From a virus (Duplodnaviria > Caudoviricetes): a stretch of 64,000 nt of DNA. This document shows positions 36,887 through 45,405 of this stretch, in pieces. How positions within the stretch are numbered: position 1 is the stretch's first letter; each line of letters opens with the position of its first letter. The stretch covers positions 7,815-71,814 of IMG/VR virus record IMGVR_UViG_3300049581_000247; one strand, given 5' to 3'. Both the position numbers and the translations under genes were made by a program. The notes beneath the pieces are model-generated. The model was not told the origin of the DNA. It saw only the letters and a list, made by a program, of their open reading frames with translations, and did not search any database.

Positions 36887-37940
36887 TGGGTATGTTCGTT
36901 GGGTTGGCAGACAGGTAAATATCGGTGGTTCGGGTGGACGCATGTCCGACCTCGGCGGCAACCTCCCGCTTGGCAGCCATCTCCTCCATCTTGAGCTTCA
37001 CCCGGGATTGGATGTAGGTGGTGCGGAGGCCATGGAAGGTCTTGCCGGCGATCCCGTTTTTCCGGCAGAGTGAGGAGAACTCCGCTGAGATGCGGGCTGG
37101 CCCCCCGGGAGAAAGATACAGGGCTCGGTAGTAGGGGAAGAGGTAGGGCGTCCCATTCTCCATCACGGCGGCGAATACCTTCTTCAGGTCCTCGCTGATC
37201 TTGAGCTCGACGACCGCGCCGGTCTTGGAGGTCCGGCACCGCAAAGTATCGCCATCGAGGTTGTCCTTCTCGAGCTGGCAGATGTCGCCAAGCCGCATGC
37301 CCATGTACCAGGAAATGTGGACCGCGTACCCCCAGAAGGGGTGGAGCGTGCAGGCCTGGAGGATGTGGTGCGCCTCGGCATCGGTCCAGGGCTCATGGTG
37401 CTTCGTCAGCTTCTCGGACTGGCTGAGCTGGGAGGTGACGATTCCGGCCGAATCAGAGTGGTTTGTCAGCATCAGGCCGACTCCGATGCAAAAGGAGCAG
37501 AACGAGGAGCACGCGGCCTTGCGGTTGCGGAGGGTCCCGAGCTTCGTGCCGTCGCCCGGGTTGAAGAAGGCGCGGAAGTGCCTGCCGTCGACCGAGGTGG
37601 TCATCGCGTCCTGGAGTCCGGCCTTTTCGATCCAGGCAAGCAGGACCTTGCGGTAGCTGGCGATGGTCTGATCCGATCGGCCCCGCAGGTGGAGGCGGTC
37701 GAGGAACACGTCGACGGCAGCCGAGACGAGGCACTTCTTCTGTCCGCTGAGCCGGGTGACCAGGTCGCTTGTGATCCCGGCCGACTGTGCCGCCTTCTCC
37801 AGGACGATCAGGCCGCCTTCCCGCGCCATGCGCTTGGCGTCCTCCATGTTCTTCGTCTTCGTGGTCTTCCAGCGAATCCGGCCATGGGCCGGCTTGACCC
37901 CGACGTAGATGAACCCTGACTTGGAATACTTGAACTTCAT
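36732..37940 (-). CDS. Tyrosine recombinase (Xer/integrase family, 402 aa)
   Basis: Complete catalytic set: MRLGD (R), SKT (K), FHGLR (HxxR), VGHAS (H), TDIY (Y); C-terminus overlaps the next gene by 155 nt. Confidence 0.9.
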   Translation of the reverse strand: MKFKYSKSGFIYVGVKPAHGRIRWKTTKTKNMEDAKRMAREGGLIVLEKAAQSAGITSDLVTRLSGQKKCLVSAAVDVFLDRLHLRGRSDQTIASYRKVLLAWIEKAGLQDAMTTSVDGRHFRAFFNPGDGTKLGTLRNRKAACSSFCSFCIGVGLMLTNHSDSAGIVTSQLSQSEKLTKHHEPWTDAEAHHILQACTLHPFWGYAVHISWYMGMRLGDICQLEKDNLDGDTLRCRTSKTGAVVELKISEDLKKVFAAVMENGTPYLFPYYRALYLSPGGPARISAEFSSLCRKNGIAGKTFHGLRTTYIQSRVKLKMEEMAAKREVAAEVGHASTRTTDIYLSANPTNIPNEQHAQSKDHAGHPGGGHEMAGKEHAQPTHPPASGGLLCAGDEAGGMEAHS

Positions 37941-38245
37941 TGGGTCTTGGCGGCGCGGAGCCGGTACTTCGGGAGGCGCGGACTATCGCCATTGATCGGC
38001 TTCGCGCCCAGGAGGTCCCGGGCAAGCCGGATGGCGCGGCGTCCAATGAGCTTGCGGAGAATGGCGACCTGCCGGTTGAGGTCCCGGTTCCTCTCGTTGA
38101 TGGAGGCGACGATCTCCCGCATGTCGGCCTTGACCGACTCGATGGTTTCCTTGTTGCGCCTGATGGTCTCCAGCAAGGCCTGGATGCGCGGGTCGGAATC
38201 GACCTCCTTCGCCGCCTCAGGCGTTAGTGTGATTGACGAACTCAC
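37937..38245 (-). CDS. Coiled-coil hypothetical protein (102 aa)
   Basis: Heptad pattern; ATGA coupling to the recombinase. Confidence 0.6.
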   Translation of the reverse strand: MSSSITLTPEAAKEVDSDPRIQALLETIRRNKETIESVKADMREIVASINERNRDLNRQVAILRKLIGRRAIRLARDLLGAKPINGDSPRLPKYRLRAAKTQ

Positions 38246-38600
38246 GGTAAATGTGAACGAAATGACTGTCCCAGAGTTTGTTGCGCCGAAGGTACAGAAA
38301 CGATCCCTCCGCCATCATCTTGGAATGTTTTTGCAGGGCGTCGCGGTTGTCGAAGTCGACCCCGCAAGCGTTGCTGAATGCGAGCATGTCGGCGAACGGC
38401 ACCCCCGCCCAGCTCGGGGTATAGCTGAGCGCGAGGACCTGCCCACGGGTGAGCCCGGATCGGGCCATCAGCTCCTCGTCGGTCAGCGCCACCACTTGAT
38501 TGCCCGAGATGACCCGCCTCGCCAGCAGGCGGCAGACGATCGGGGTGAAGCGGCTGGCTTTCTGGAGGAGCGTCAGCTTATTGGGCGCTCGCTGCGTCAT
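38217..38600 (-). CDS. HTH-like protein (127 aa)
   Basis: LTDEELMARSGLTRGQVLALS..MLAFSNACGVDF, XRE-like. Confidence 0.55.
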   Translation of the reverse strand: MTQRAPNKLTLLQKASRFTPIVCRLLARRVISGNQVVALTDEELMARSGLTRGQVLALSYTPSWAGVPFADMLAFSNACGVDFDNRDALQKHSKMMAEGSFLYLRRNKLWDSHFVHIYREFVNHTNA

Positions 38601-39045
38601 CGGGAACGGATGATTCCTCGCCGCCCTGCACCGCCATGGACTCCAGGCCGGGGCGCTTCTTGCCGAAGAGCGATGCCTTCTGCGCGTCGATCAGGGAGAC
38701 CATGAGGATCGCCGCCTTGCAGACTGCCAGGGCGGGGGCATTGGCGGTGACGATGGCGTAGGCCGGGTTGCCCGCCCAATAGGGCCGCTCCGGGTTGTAG
38801 TAGGGGTCTCCGATGGCGGAGCGCCCAAATCCGATCGGGATATCCGTCTCGGCCACCACCGCCTCGAGGGCAAGGCCGAGGTTTTCCGAGTAGTGCTTCG
38901 GGGTTTTGCGATTGGCCCGCTTGAGGGCGTCGATGGCGAAGATCATGTCCAGCTCCCGGCCGGACCCCATCTTCATCATATCCTCGACCCGGATTTCCCG
39001 GGCGTGGAGCTCGATCGCTTTCTGTTCGTTTGGTTCTTCGCTCAT
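38578..39045 (-). CDS. Phage ABA-sandwich-domain-like protein (155 aa)
   Basis: SGRELDMIFA..HYSENLGLALEAV..TANAPALAVCKAAI. Confidence 0.6.
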   Translation of the reverse strand: MSEEPNEQKAIELHAREIRVEDMMKMGSGRELDMIFAIDALKRANRKTPKHYSENLGLALEAVVAETDIPIGFGRSAIGDPYYNPERPYWAGNPAYAIVTANAPALAVCKAAILMVSLIDAQKASLFGKKRPGLESMAVQGGEESSVPDDAASAQ

Positions 39046-39087
39046 ATGGTGGTTGCTTGACGAGACCAACCCCACTTGGGGTTGATG

Positions 39088-39507
39088 TCAACCAAGATTC
39101 CCGGCTGCGAATATCTTCGATTCCTCGATCACGCGCCGGGTGAAATAGTCGACCCCCAGGGGCATCTCCTCGGGTGTTCCGATCAGGAAGGTCCCCGGGG
39201 TGGGCTCGATGTAGTGCAGGTTGAGGGAGACCGGGGCATAGCGCCGGCTTTCGGTATAGAGGCAGGTCATCGCCTCGAAGGCGTGGATGGGGTTGGCCTC
39301 GAACCAGGCGTTCCCGCGATAAGCCCGGGCCTGCTGGAGCATCGTGGTGGTCGCGATGTTGCAGGCGTTCATGAAGTCGGCCGGGGAGCTGCTGTTAAAG
39401 TGCTGGGCGAGGAACTCCCGGATCAGGCCGACCGCGCCCGGCGTGAAGTCGAAGTGCTGGTTCGGCTTCTTCCCGTCCTGCGGGTGGCTTTCGTGTGGTG
39501 TAACCAT
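39088..39507 (-). CDS. Hypothetical protein (139 aa)
   Basis: ORF track; GC3-biased codons. Confidence 0.65.
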   Translation of the reverse strand: MVTPHESHPQDGKKPNQHFDFTPGAVGLIREFLAQHFNSSSPADFMNACNIATTTMLQQARAYRGNAWFEANPIHAFEAMTCLYTESRRYAPVSLNLHYIEPTPGTFLIGTPEEMPLGVDYFTRRVIEESKIFAAGNLG

Positions 39508-39512
39508 GGTAA

Positions 39513-40931
39513 TTATTCATCCCGGTGCTCCCGTTCGATCTGGTCCTGGGCGGCCGCGAGAGCCTCCTGCCTGGCGCGCGCCTCCTCGATGGCGATCTCC
39601 TCCATCAGCTCCTTCTCCCTGGCGCTGGCGGAGCGGGCGATCGCGGCATTGGCTGCATCCTCGGAGGGAATGTCGGAGGAGGCGGTTTCCCCGATGACCG
39701 TCTCCTCTTCCGCCAGCCGGTCAAGCCGTTTGCGGAACCGCTGGACATCGCCCGGCATCACGTAGTACAGGCCGGAAGCGGTCGGCAGGCCGATCATCCC
39801 GAGCCGCTGGACGAAGCGCCGGACGATCTCCGGGGTGTATGTCTTGTCGTTGTTTTTCCCAACCGCCGCCATGCTGACGTAGGGGATGTCATACCGGCCC
39901 TGGTCGTCGTTGAGAAACCCGAGCGCATGCCCGGCGGTCCAGGCCAGGGCGCCGGGGAGAAGGTCCATGACGGCAAAATCGGACCGCTCGAAGCCCACAT
40001 TGGAGGAGCCCGGGATTCGCACGATCTTCCCGGAACTGTCGAGGTAGTCCGGCCTGGCCGGCCCGCGAAGATTCAGGTGCGCCTGATGCGCCGGAGCCGG
40101 GGGACTGAGGTGTGTCGAACCCTTCTCGAGGAAGTAATCGGCGGGGCGCTGATAGGGATAGGAGTGTCTCGGGTATCCGTAGTCGTCGGCGAGGATGTTC
40201 GATCCGATTTGCGTCTGAAATCGGACGAGGTTTTCGTCCCACCTCGGGGGATAGGAGATGTCCTCTCCCACGGGATTTTTGAGCATGTACTCCAGGGTTG
40301 CCGCATGCAACCCCTTCGGGAGAATCTCGGCGATGTTCTCGGGCAGCTCGAACCAGGATGAGAGCGTCGCATTGAAGAACATCTGGGAGGCGGCGCGGAT
40401 CAGGTCGCCATTCTCCGCAATCTCCCCGGGCGATCGGATGCAGACCCGGGAATGCAGGTCGTGCGTCTCCTTGCCGAGATGACCGACGGTCAGGTGCAGG
40501 CCGACCACGCCGGCTTCGTCGGTGTGGTCCGTCCCTGATTGGAAGGCGGTGGCCGAACAGTGGTGATGAACCGAGCCCATCCTCTGCCACGGATCAGGGA
40601 AGAGCGCCATGTCCTCGTTGAAGTTGGGGTGATCGGGCAGCTCCCGTGTCGTCATCCCGGATGGATAGCGCTGGGGGAAGGCATGAGCCCGCCACTCCTT
40701 GGTCGCATCGTTGTAGTACAGGCGGACCTGGACCTCGTCCGACTTGTGCTTTTGGAAGAAGGCGATGATAGTCTGCCAGAGGGACATCTTGATTCTGCCG
40801 CCGTTCCACGCCATCCATGGGTCGGAGGAGGGGATTTCCCGGTCGGGGAAGTAGCCGTAGAATCCGTTGAGATTCTTGAGCTTGTAGACCTTGCCGTCCT
40901 TGATGATCTCGCCCGGAGTTGCCTTGCTCAT
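39513..40931 (-). CDS. JAB/MPN+ metallopeptidase (DUB-like) with long C-terminal extension (472 aa)
   Basis: DEVQVRLYY (catalytic Glu region) and GSVHHHCSATAFQSGTDHTDE (HxH..S..D motif). Confidence 0.85.
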   Translation of the reverse strand: MSKATPGEIIKDGKVYKLKNLNGFYGYFPDREIPSSDPWMAWNGGRIKMSLWQTIIAFFQKHKSDEVQVRLYYNDATKEWRAHAFPQRYPSGMTTRELPDHPNFNEDMALFPDPWQRMGSVHHHCSATAFQSGTDHTDEAGVVGLHLTVGHLGKETHDLHSRVCIRSPGEIAENGDLIRAASQMFFNATLSSWFELPENIAEILPKGLHAATLEYMLKNPVGEDISYPPRWDENLVRFQTQIGSNILADDYGYPRHSYPYQRPADYFLEKGSTHLSPPAPAHQAHLNLRGPARPDYLDSSGKIVRIPGSSNVGFERSDFAVMDLLPGALAWTAGHALGFLNDDQGRYDIPYVSMAAVGKNNDKTYTPEIVRRFVQRLGMIGLPTASGLYYVMPGDVQRFRKRLDRLAEEETVIGETASSDIPSEDAANAAIARSASAREKELMEEIAIEEARARQEALAAAQDQIEREHRDE

Positions 40932-40968
40932 ATTGGTTTTGGTTGTTGATGGTTATCCTGAACTTGGG

Positions 40969-42204
40969 TTACATCGCCCCGGCCTCGGCGGTCGGGGCGG
41001 GGGCGGCTGGAGCGGCGGGAGCGGGGGCCAGCATATCCAGCGTCAGGATGCCGGCTCCGGCGCGCTTCACCACCCCGCCGAGCTTCTCTGTGATGCCGCG
41101 CGGCTCCGTCACATCATCGGGGATGACAATCTTGTAGGCGCTGAACACCATTCCCCGCGTGATCGGGCTGGCCGGGAAGCCGGAGATGAGGGCGGCCATG
41201 TTCTTCGGCAACGCGGCCATGATCTCGTCGTGGCCAGCGTGGCCGGGCTGGTACGCCGCGTGGGCTTGCAGTTCCCCATCGGTCAGCGGTCGGATGTCGT
41301 TCATGGTGAGGAGGACGATTCCAATCATCCCCCCATCGGCCGAGATAGGCCTGGCGTAAATTTTGTGCCGATCTGCGGATTGGACCGAAAAGATCGGGCG
41401 CCGGGTGAGCGGGATACTGATCGCTCCCATCATGCTCCTCTCGTGCGTTCCCTTGGTTGTGACGAGGGTCCCGATGGGCGGCGGAACATGCGGCTTCAAC
41501 TTGTCCGGCGGGACCCGGCGAACGTAGCCATCGAGCGAGGTCAGGATGATCCTCCCATCGGGCTCATTCACCGAAGAGCAGATCATGACATCCCCGGGAT
41601 TTCCGGAGTAGCCGAATTCCACGCGGTCCATGTCGTTCTTGAATTCCACCAGCTGGAGCTGGGTGAATGCGTGGGCGGGGCCGGCCGGGGCGGCTGGAGC
41701 GGGCGCGGGGGCGGCTGGAGCGGGCGCGGGGGCGGCCGCCTCAGTCACAACCCCAGGGATGAGCGGGGAGAGAAGCCACTCGATCGGGACGTTCCACGTG
41801 CCGCCCGTCTCGTCGGCCCCGGTTTGGAGGGCGATAATCACCCCGACATCGTCCACGATTGAAACATCGATCGCGGGATGGGTCCGGTTCACGTCGATAC
41901 TATCATTCATCCAGCCACCGTCCGACAGCGTTGCTGCGTTCTGGATGACGTAATTGCGGAACTTGAGATCGGCATTCAGGTAGCATGCCCGAACCCCCTC
42001 GGGATTCCGGACGACCACGTGCTCCCTCTGGAGAACGAGGCGGGACCGGACTGGCGGATCGGACACCCCGTCGTGAAACAGGTCCACGATGACATAGTCG
42101 GTGGTTTCGACGGCAATGCTGTAGGCGCACAGCGGGTCGAACAGCTCGGACTGGCCGGTGTAGATTCCGCGATGTTCGGGTTTAACGTAAGCGACATTAT
42201 TCAT
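40969..42204 (-). CDS. Multidomain hypothetical protein with Pro-Ala linkers (411 aa)
   Basis: APAPAPAAPAPAP linkers separating beta-rich domains; lies inside the Ubl cassette. Confidence 0.7.
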   Translation of the reverse strand: MNNVAYVKPEHRGIYTGQSELFDPLCAYSIAVETTDYVIVDLFHDGVSDPPVRSRLVLQREHVVVRNPEGVRACYLNADLKFRNYVIQNAATLSDGGWMNDSIDVNRTHPAIDVSIVDDVGVIIALQTGADETGGTWNVPIEWLLSPLIPGVVTEAAAPAPAPAAPAPAPAAPAGPAHAFTQLQLVEFKNDMDRVEFGYSGNPGDVMICSSVNEPDGRIILTSLDGYVRRVPPDKLKPHVPPPIGTLVTTKGTHERSMMGAISIPLTRRPIFSVQSADRHKIYARPISADGGMIGIVLLTMNDIRPLTDGELQAHAAYQPGHAGHDEIMAALPKNMAALISGFPASPITRGMVFSAYKIVIPDDVTEPRGITEKLGGVVKRAGAGILTLDMLAPAPAAPAAPAPTAEAGAM

Positions 42205-42922
42205 GGTCTTTTCTGAGTTTGGTTTGGATTTTGTTGAAGTTGCTGATGTGGTGGAAGGCGGCGTATTCCCTGGCCTCCTTGGTCAGGCCCGGGACCTCCT
42301 GGGTCCAAATCCAGAGGAGATGGAGGCCGTAGCCTGCGGCCATGAAGTTGGCGATGGCGAGCTGCGGGGCGGCGGCCTGCGCCTCTCCGGTGCAGCCGAC
42401 CGGGGCGAGCGGGTCCCCGGTGTGGGTGGTCGCGATTTCCGGGTAGTACCGCCTCGGGTCCAGCTTTGTCCCCTTCCAGTCGGGGTGATAGAAGAACGCC
42501 TCCGCGTCCGTGTAACCGTTGCCGCATAGGATGCAGCGGAGCCGGTGCAGGTCGCAGGCCTCGAGCACCCGGAGCCGGCCGGGGTGGTTGTCCACGCAGC
42601 AGATCACCAGCGGGGGCTGATCGAATTCCTCCTGGCCGGTGAAGTACTCAGGCATCGCCCGAAGGTTCGGATAGTAGCTGGAATATTTGGAGACGAGCGC
42701 CTCGGCCTTGTTCGATCCGACATCGCTGTCGTCGAAGAGCTGGCGCTCCATGTTGCGCTTTTCCAGCGTGTCGCCGTCGAAGACCACGACGCCCGGAGAC
42801 TTGTCCGGATCGGAGTGGTTCCGGATGGTGCGGAGCAGGGTGGGCAACAGGAAGCTGCCGACACCGCCAGCGCCAACAAGGACGACGGGCGGGAAGGGGT
42901 GGAGTGATTTTGGTTTGTCCAT
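42197..42922 (-). CDS. E1-like ThiF/MoeB adenylyltransferase (241 aa)
   Basis: VLVGAGGVGS, FDGDTLEKRNMERQLF, VGSNKAEAL, CCVDN, PVGCT..PQLAIAN (candidate catalytic Cys). Confidence 0.9.
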   Translation of the reverse strand: MDKPKSLHPFPPVVLVGAGGVGSFLLPTLLRTIRNHSDPDKSPGVVVFDGDTLEKRNMERQLFDDSDVGSNKAEALVSKYSSYYPNLRAMPEYFTGQEEFDQPPLVICCVDNHPGRLRVLEACDLHRLRCILCGNGYTDAEAFFYHPDWKGTKLDPRRYYPEIATTHTGDPLAPVGCTGEAQAAAPQLAIANFMAAGYGLHLLWIWTQEVPGLTKEAREYAAFHHISNFNKIQTKLRKDHE

Positions 42923-42928
42923 GGCTGG

Positions 42929-43279
42929 TTAGGTTAGGGTGTCTTCGTCTCTTTCTCCGTCGGCATCATCCTCCACCTCCTCATCCTCCGCATCGGCGGG
43001 TTCCCCGGGGACGGGAATGACGGGCGCGACGGCCTCTTCCGCCTCATCCAGAAGGTTGAACAGGTCCCTGGAGCAATGGCCATGGGCGGAGCCGCGAATG
43101 GCGATGGCCAGGGCCCAAACATCCCTGGCCTTGGCCTTGTCTGCTTCGGGGATATCAAACAGGCTGGGGTCCCTCGTCAGGTTGATGAGTATTTCGCGAA
43201 GATCGGAAGCGATATCCCCCGTGCCGACCTGCCGCTCGGCCATCTCCACGACACCCATCTCGTCGATTGGCTGGCTCAC
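42929..43279 (-). CDS. Acidic hypothetical protein (116 aa)
   Basis: ORF track; D/E-rich tail; between E2 and E1. Confidence 0.65.
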   Translation of the reverse strand: MSQPIDEMGVVEMAERQVGTGDIASDLREILINLTRDPSLFDIPEADKAKARDVWALAIAIRGSAHGHCSRDLFNLLDEAEEAVAPVIPVPGEPADAEDEEVEDDADGERDEDTLT

Positions 43280-44043
43280 GGCACATCCCCCAGGTTGTGG
43301 GCCAGCTCGACGACCCAGTTATATCCGCTGCCGGCGATCTGCTTGCAGAGCGGTCGCCAGTCCGCAGCCGACGGGGGGAGCTGCTTCCCGTCGGGCGTGA
43401 ACCGGACCATCCGCGCCGCCTCCGTCCTCCGGCCATCCGTCAGGTGGGAGTTCCACCTCGCCCCGGAGAAGTGGGCCAGGGCCTGCTCGAGGTATTGCTC
43501 GGCCGAGATTCGCCCGGCCTCGTACTCGATCAGGCAGTCACTTGACGACCAGCCATCGCCCATGCAAATCCTGCCGTCGTCGAAGAGGTTCGAGAGCGGC
43601 AGGCGGTAGGAGAAGAAGTTGCCCTCCCTGCCCGGTCCGCCTGGGGAGATGAAGGACAGGTACGGATCGGTGCCGAGCCGCGTCACGAAGTACGCCGCGC
43701 AGCCAGGCATCGGAACCCAGTCGAACTGATGCTCGACCGTTCCGGGTCCCGGGACGAACTTCGGAACCAGCACCGGCTCGGCGGAGTTTTCGTCCATCCC
43801 CCAGGAGGTGTTGAGCCGGAGGAACGGGAGCCTGACGGCATAGACTGGATCGCCCGATGCCAGCATGTGCACGGGCAGGCCGCCGCCGATCTTGAAGACG
43901 TTGCGAAGCGGCGTCCCTGTCTTGTTAGCCGCCTGCTGGAGGAGGTCGTTCCTGACCCCGAGGTCACGCAGCGCGAGGCTGAGTGAGTACATCCGGCCAT
44001 CCGGACCGATCGCCACGCAGCGATCGAGAATGTGACTGCTCAT
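43276..44043 (-). CDS. Prokaryotic E2-like (UBC-fold) protein (255 aa)
   Basis: YRLPLSNLFDDGRICMG (Cys codon 43564-43566), ..FSGARWNSHL; resembles the Prok-E2 family D/PRTRC protein B pattern. Confidence 0.75.
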   Translation of the reverse strand: MSSHILDRCVAIGPDGRMYSLSLALRDLGVRNDLLQQAANKTGTPLRNVFKIGGGLPVHMLASGDPVYAVRLPFLRLNTSWGMDENSAEPVLVPKFVPGPGTVEHQFDWVPMPGCAAYFVTRLGTDPYLSFISPGGPGREGNFFSYRLPLSNLFDDGRICMGDGWSSSDCLIEYEAGRISAEQYLEQALAHFSGARWNSHLTDGRRTEAARMVRFTPDGKQLPPSAADWRPLCKQIAGSGYNWVVELAHNLGDVP

Positions 44044-44071
44044 GTTTTTGATGATGTTGCTTAAAGGTTAA

Positions 44072-44099
44072 GGGCGGCGCAGGCTGACCCACGCCGCCC
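44072..44099 (-). terminator. Hairpin (attenuator/terminator-like) between the Ubl and E2 genes
   Basis: GGGCGGCG-N12-CGCCGCCC followed on the minus strand by TTAACCTTT. Confidence 0.5.
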
Positions 44100-44156
44100 C
44101 ATAGCGCGCTATGGTGTGCGGGATTCACCCGGACACCGTGCCCTATCGGGCGGCCG

Positions 44157-44603
44157 TCAGGCCGCCTTTTCCTGGGCGCGGGTCTCGATGTCGATGGTCA
44201 TCCCGTCCGAGACGGTGAGGTCATCGTTCACGCTGGCGCCGTTGATCTTGGCGACGACACCGTCGGTGAAGCCCAGCGCCGCCCGGTACGTCGGGTTCTG
44301 GAGAACCGAACGGACCGTGGTGGCGGAGTCGACCTGGACCGACAGGACGTTCGCGGCGCCGTAGCGCAGCGTGATCCGGGAGGTCGCAGCCTTCTCCTGG
44401 GCCGCCTGTTCGACCGAGATGCTGTCACCCTCGCGGATGACATATCCGGTACCGACCGGCGCGCCGTTGATCTTGGCGACGACACCCGTGCCGAAGCCGA
44501 GGACCGCCTTGATCGTGACATCACCGAGGACCTGGGCGATCGTGAGACCGACGAGGTTCTTGGTGAGCTCGTTGCCGTAGCCGTAGCTGATCTTGTTGCT
44601 CAT
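44157..44603 (-). CDS. Tandem di-ubiquitin-like (beta-grasp) protein, both units ending in AQEKAA (148 aa)
   Basis: Two about 74 aa units: T(I/V)..VL..ALGF..GVVAKINGA.V..GD/G..I.(V/I)E..AQEKAA; 26 bp perfect repeat at 44236-44261 and 44461-44486. Confidence 0.85.
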   Translation of the reverse strand: MSNKISYGYGNELTKNLVGLTIAQVLGDVTIKAVLGFGTGVVAKINGAPVGTGYVIREGDSISVEQAAQEKAATSRITLRYGAANVLSVQVDSATTVRSVLQNPTYRAALGFTDGVVAKINGASVNDDLTVSDGMTIDIETRAQEKAA

Positions 44604-44689
44604 TATCTATCCTTTTTCTTTCCGTTCCGGCCAGTGTTGTTTGGGCCACCCGCACGGCTGGCTGGATTCCCCGTGCAGGTGGAAATGGG

Positions 44690-45211
44690 TCATGGGGTTA
44701 ACTGGAGGGCGATGTCGATCGACCTGTTCCCGATGAAGGTCCCCGCCAGTCCTTCGCGAATTCGCGAAACCACCCCCATGTCCAGGGTGACACGGGACAC
44801 GATGTCGTTGGTCCACGAGACGACGGCCTCGATCCTTTCGCGCTGCCGGGCGGTCTGAATCTGGCGGTGCATGTGGCCGATCTGGTTGAGGTGCTGCGCC
44901 AGCACCTCGGGCCAGTATACTCCGTCAACCGCATTGCCGGCATAATGGATCAGGAATTTCACGCGATAGTCATTCTGGCCGCGAATGGCGTTGATAAGAC
45001 AGCGCATCATAGTGATGCCGACGTCTCCGGCGTGGGCGACATTGATGTAGATGTCGCCAGCGGTCCGAAAGGCAATGAGGCTGTTGAAGTGATACAGCCT
45101 TTCGTAATGCCGGCTGAAATTAGTCCCGGCGTTGGAGCGAAGGATGGCCGGGGGGTCGCCCCGGGTGGCGAATCCTCCAAACACCCATCTGGCTGGTCCG
45201 GTGGTTCTCAT
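44690..45211 (-). CDS. Hypothetical protein (173 aa)
   Basis: ORF track; coupled to the upstream ORF. Confidence 0.6.
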   Translation of the reverse strand: MRTTGPARWVFGGFATRGDPPAILRSNAGTNFSRHYERLYHFNSLIAFRTAGDIYINVAHAGDVGITMMRCLINAIRGQNDYRVKFLIHYAGNAVDGVYWPEVLAQHLNQIGHMHRQIQTARQRERIEAVVSWTNDIVSRVTLDMGVVSRIREGLAGTFIGNRSIDIALQLTP

Positions 45212-45405
45212 GGCATCAGGAGCGGGGTTGAGTTGCGCTTCCGCCTAAGTCGGCGATGACGGTTGCCGGCCAGGACCGGAATCGACAGGGCGACGACCGC
45301 GATATTCCACCAGGCGATCCGGTCGAGGTAGGCTTCCAGGCCGATGACGAGGATATTAAGCAGGCACACCAGCCAGCCCAACGGCTCAAGGATATTGCGT
45401 GTCAT
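45208..45405 (-). CDS. Two-TM membrane protein (65 aa)
   Basis: ATGA overlap at 45405; two hydrophobic helices and a basic tail. Confidence 0.6.
   Translation of the reverse strand: MTRNILEPLGWLVCLLNILVIGLEAYLDRIAWWNIAVVALSIPVLAGNRHRRLRRKRNSTPLLMP

Noticed and set aside
42197-44603. ThiF plus ThiS-like genes as a thiamine/molybdopterin or tRNA-thiolation pathway
   Set aside because: The Ubl lacks the C-terminal GG needed for thiocarboxylate chemistry, no ThiG/MoaE/sulfurtransferase is present, and E2 and JAB genes are adjacent
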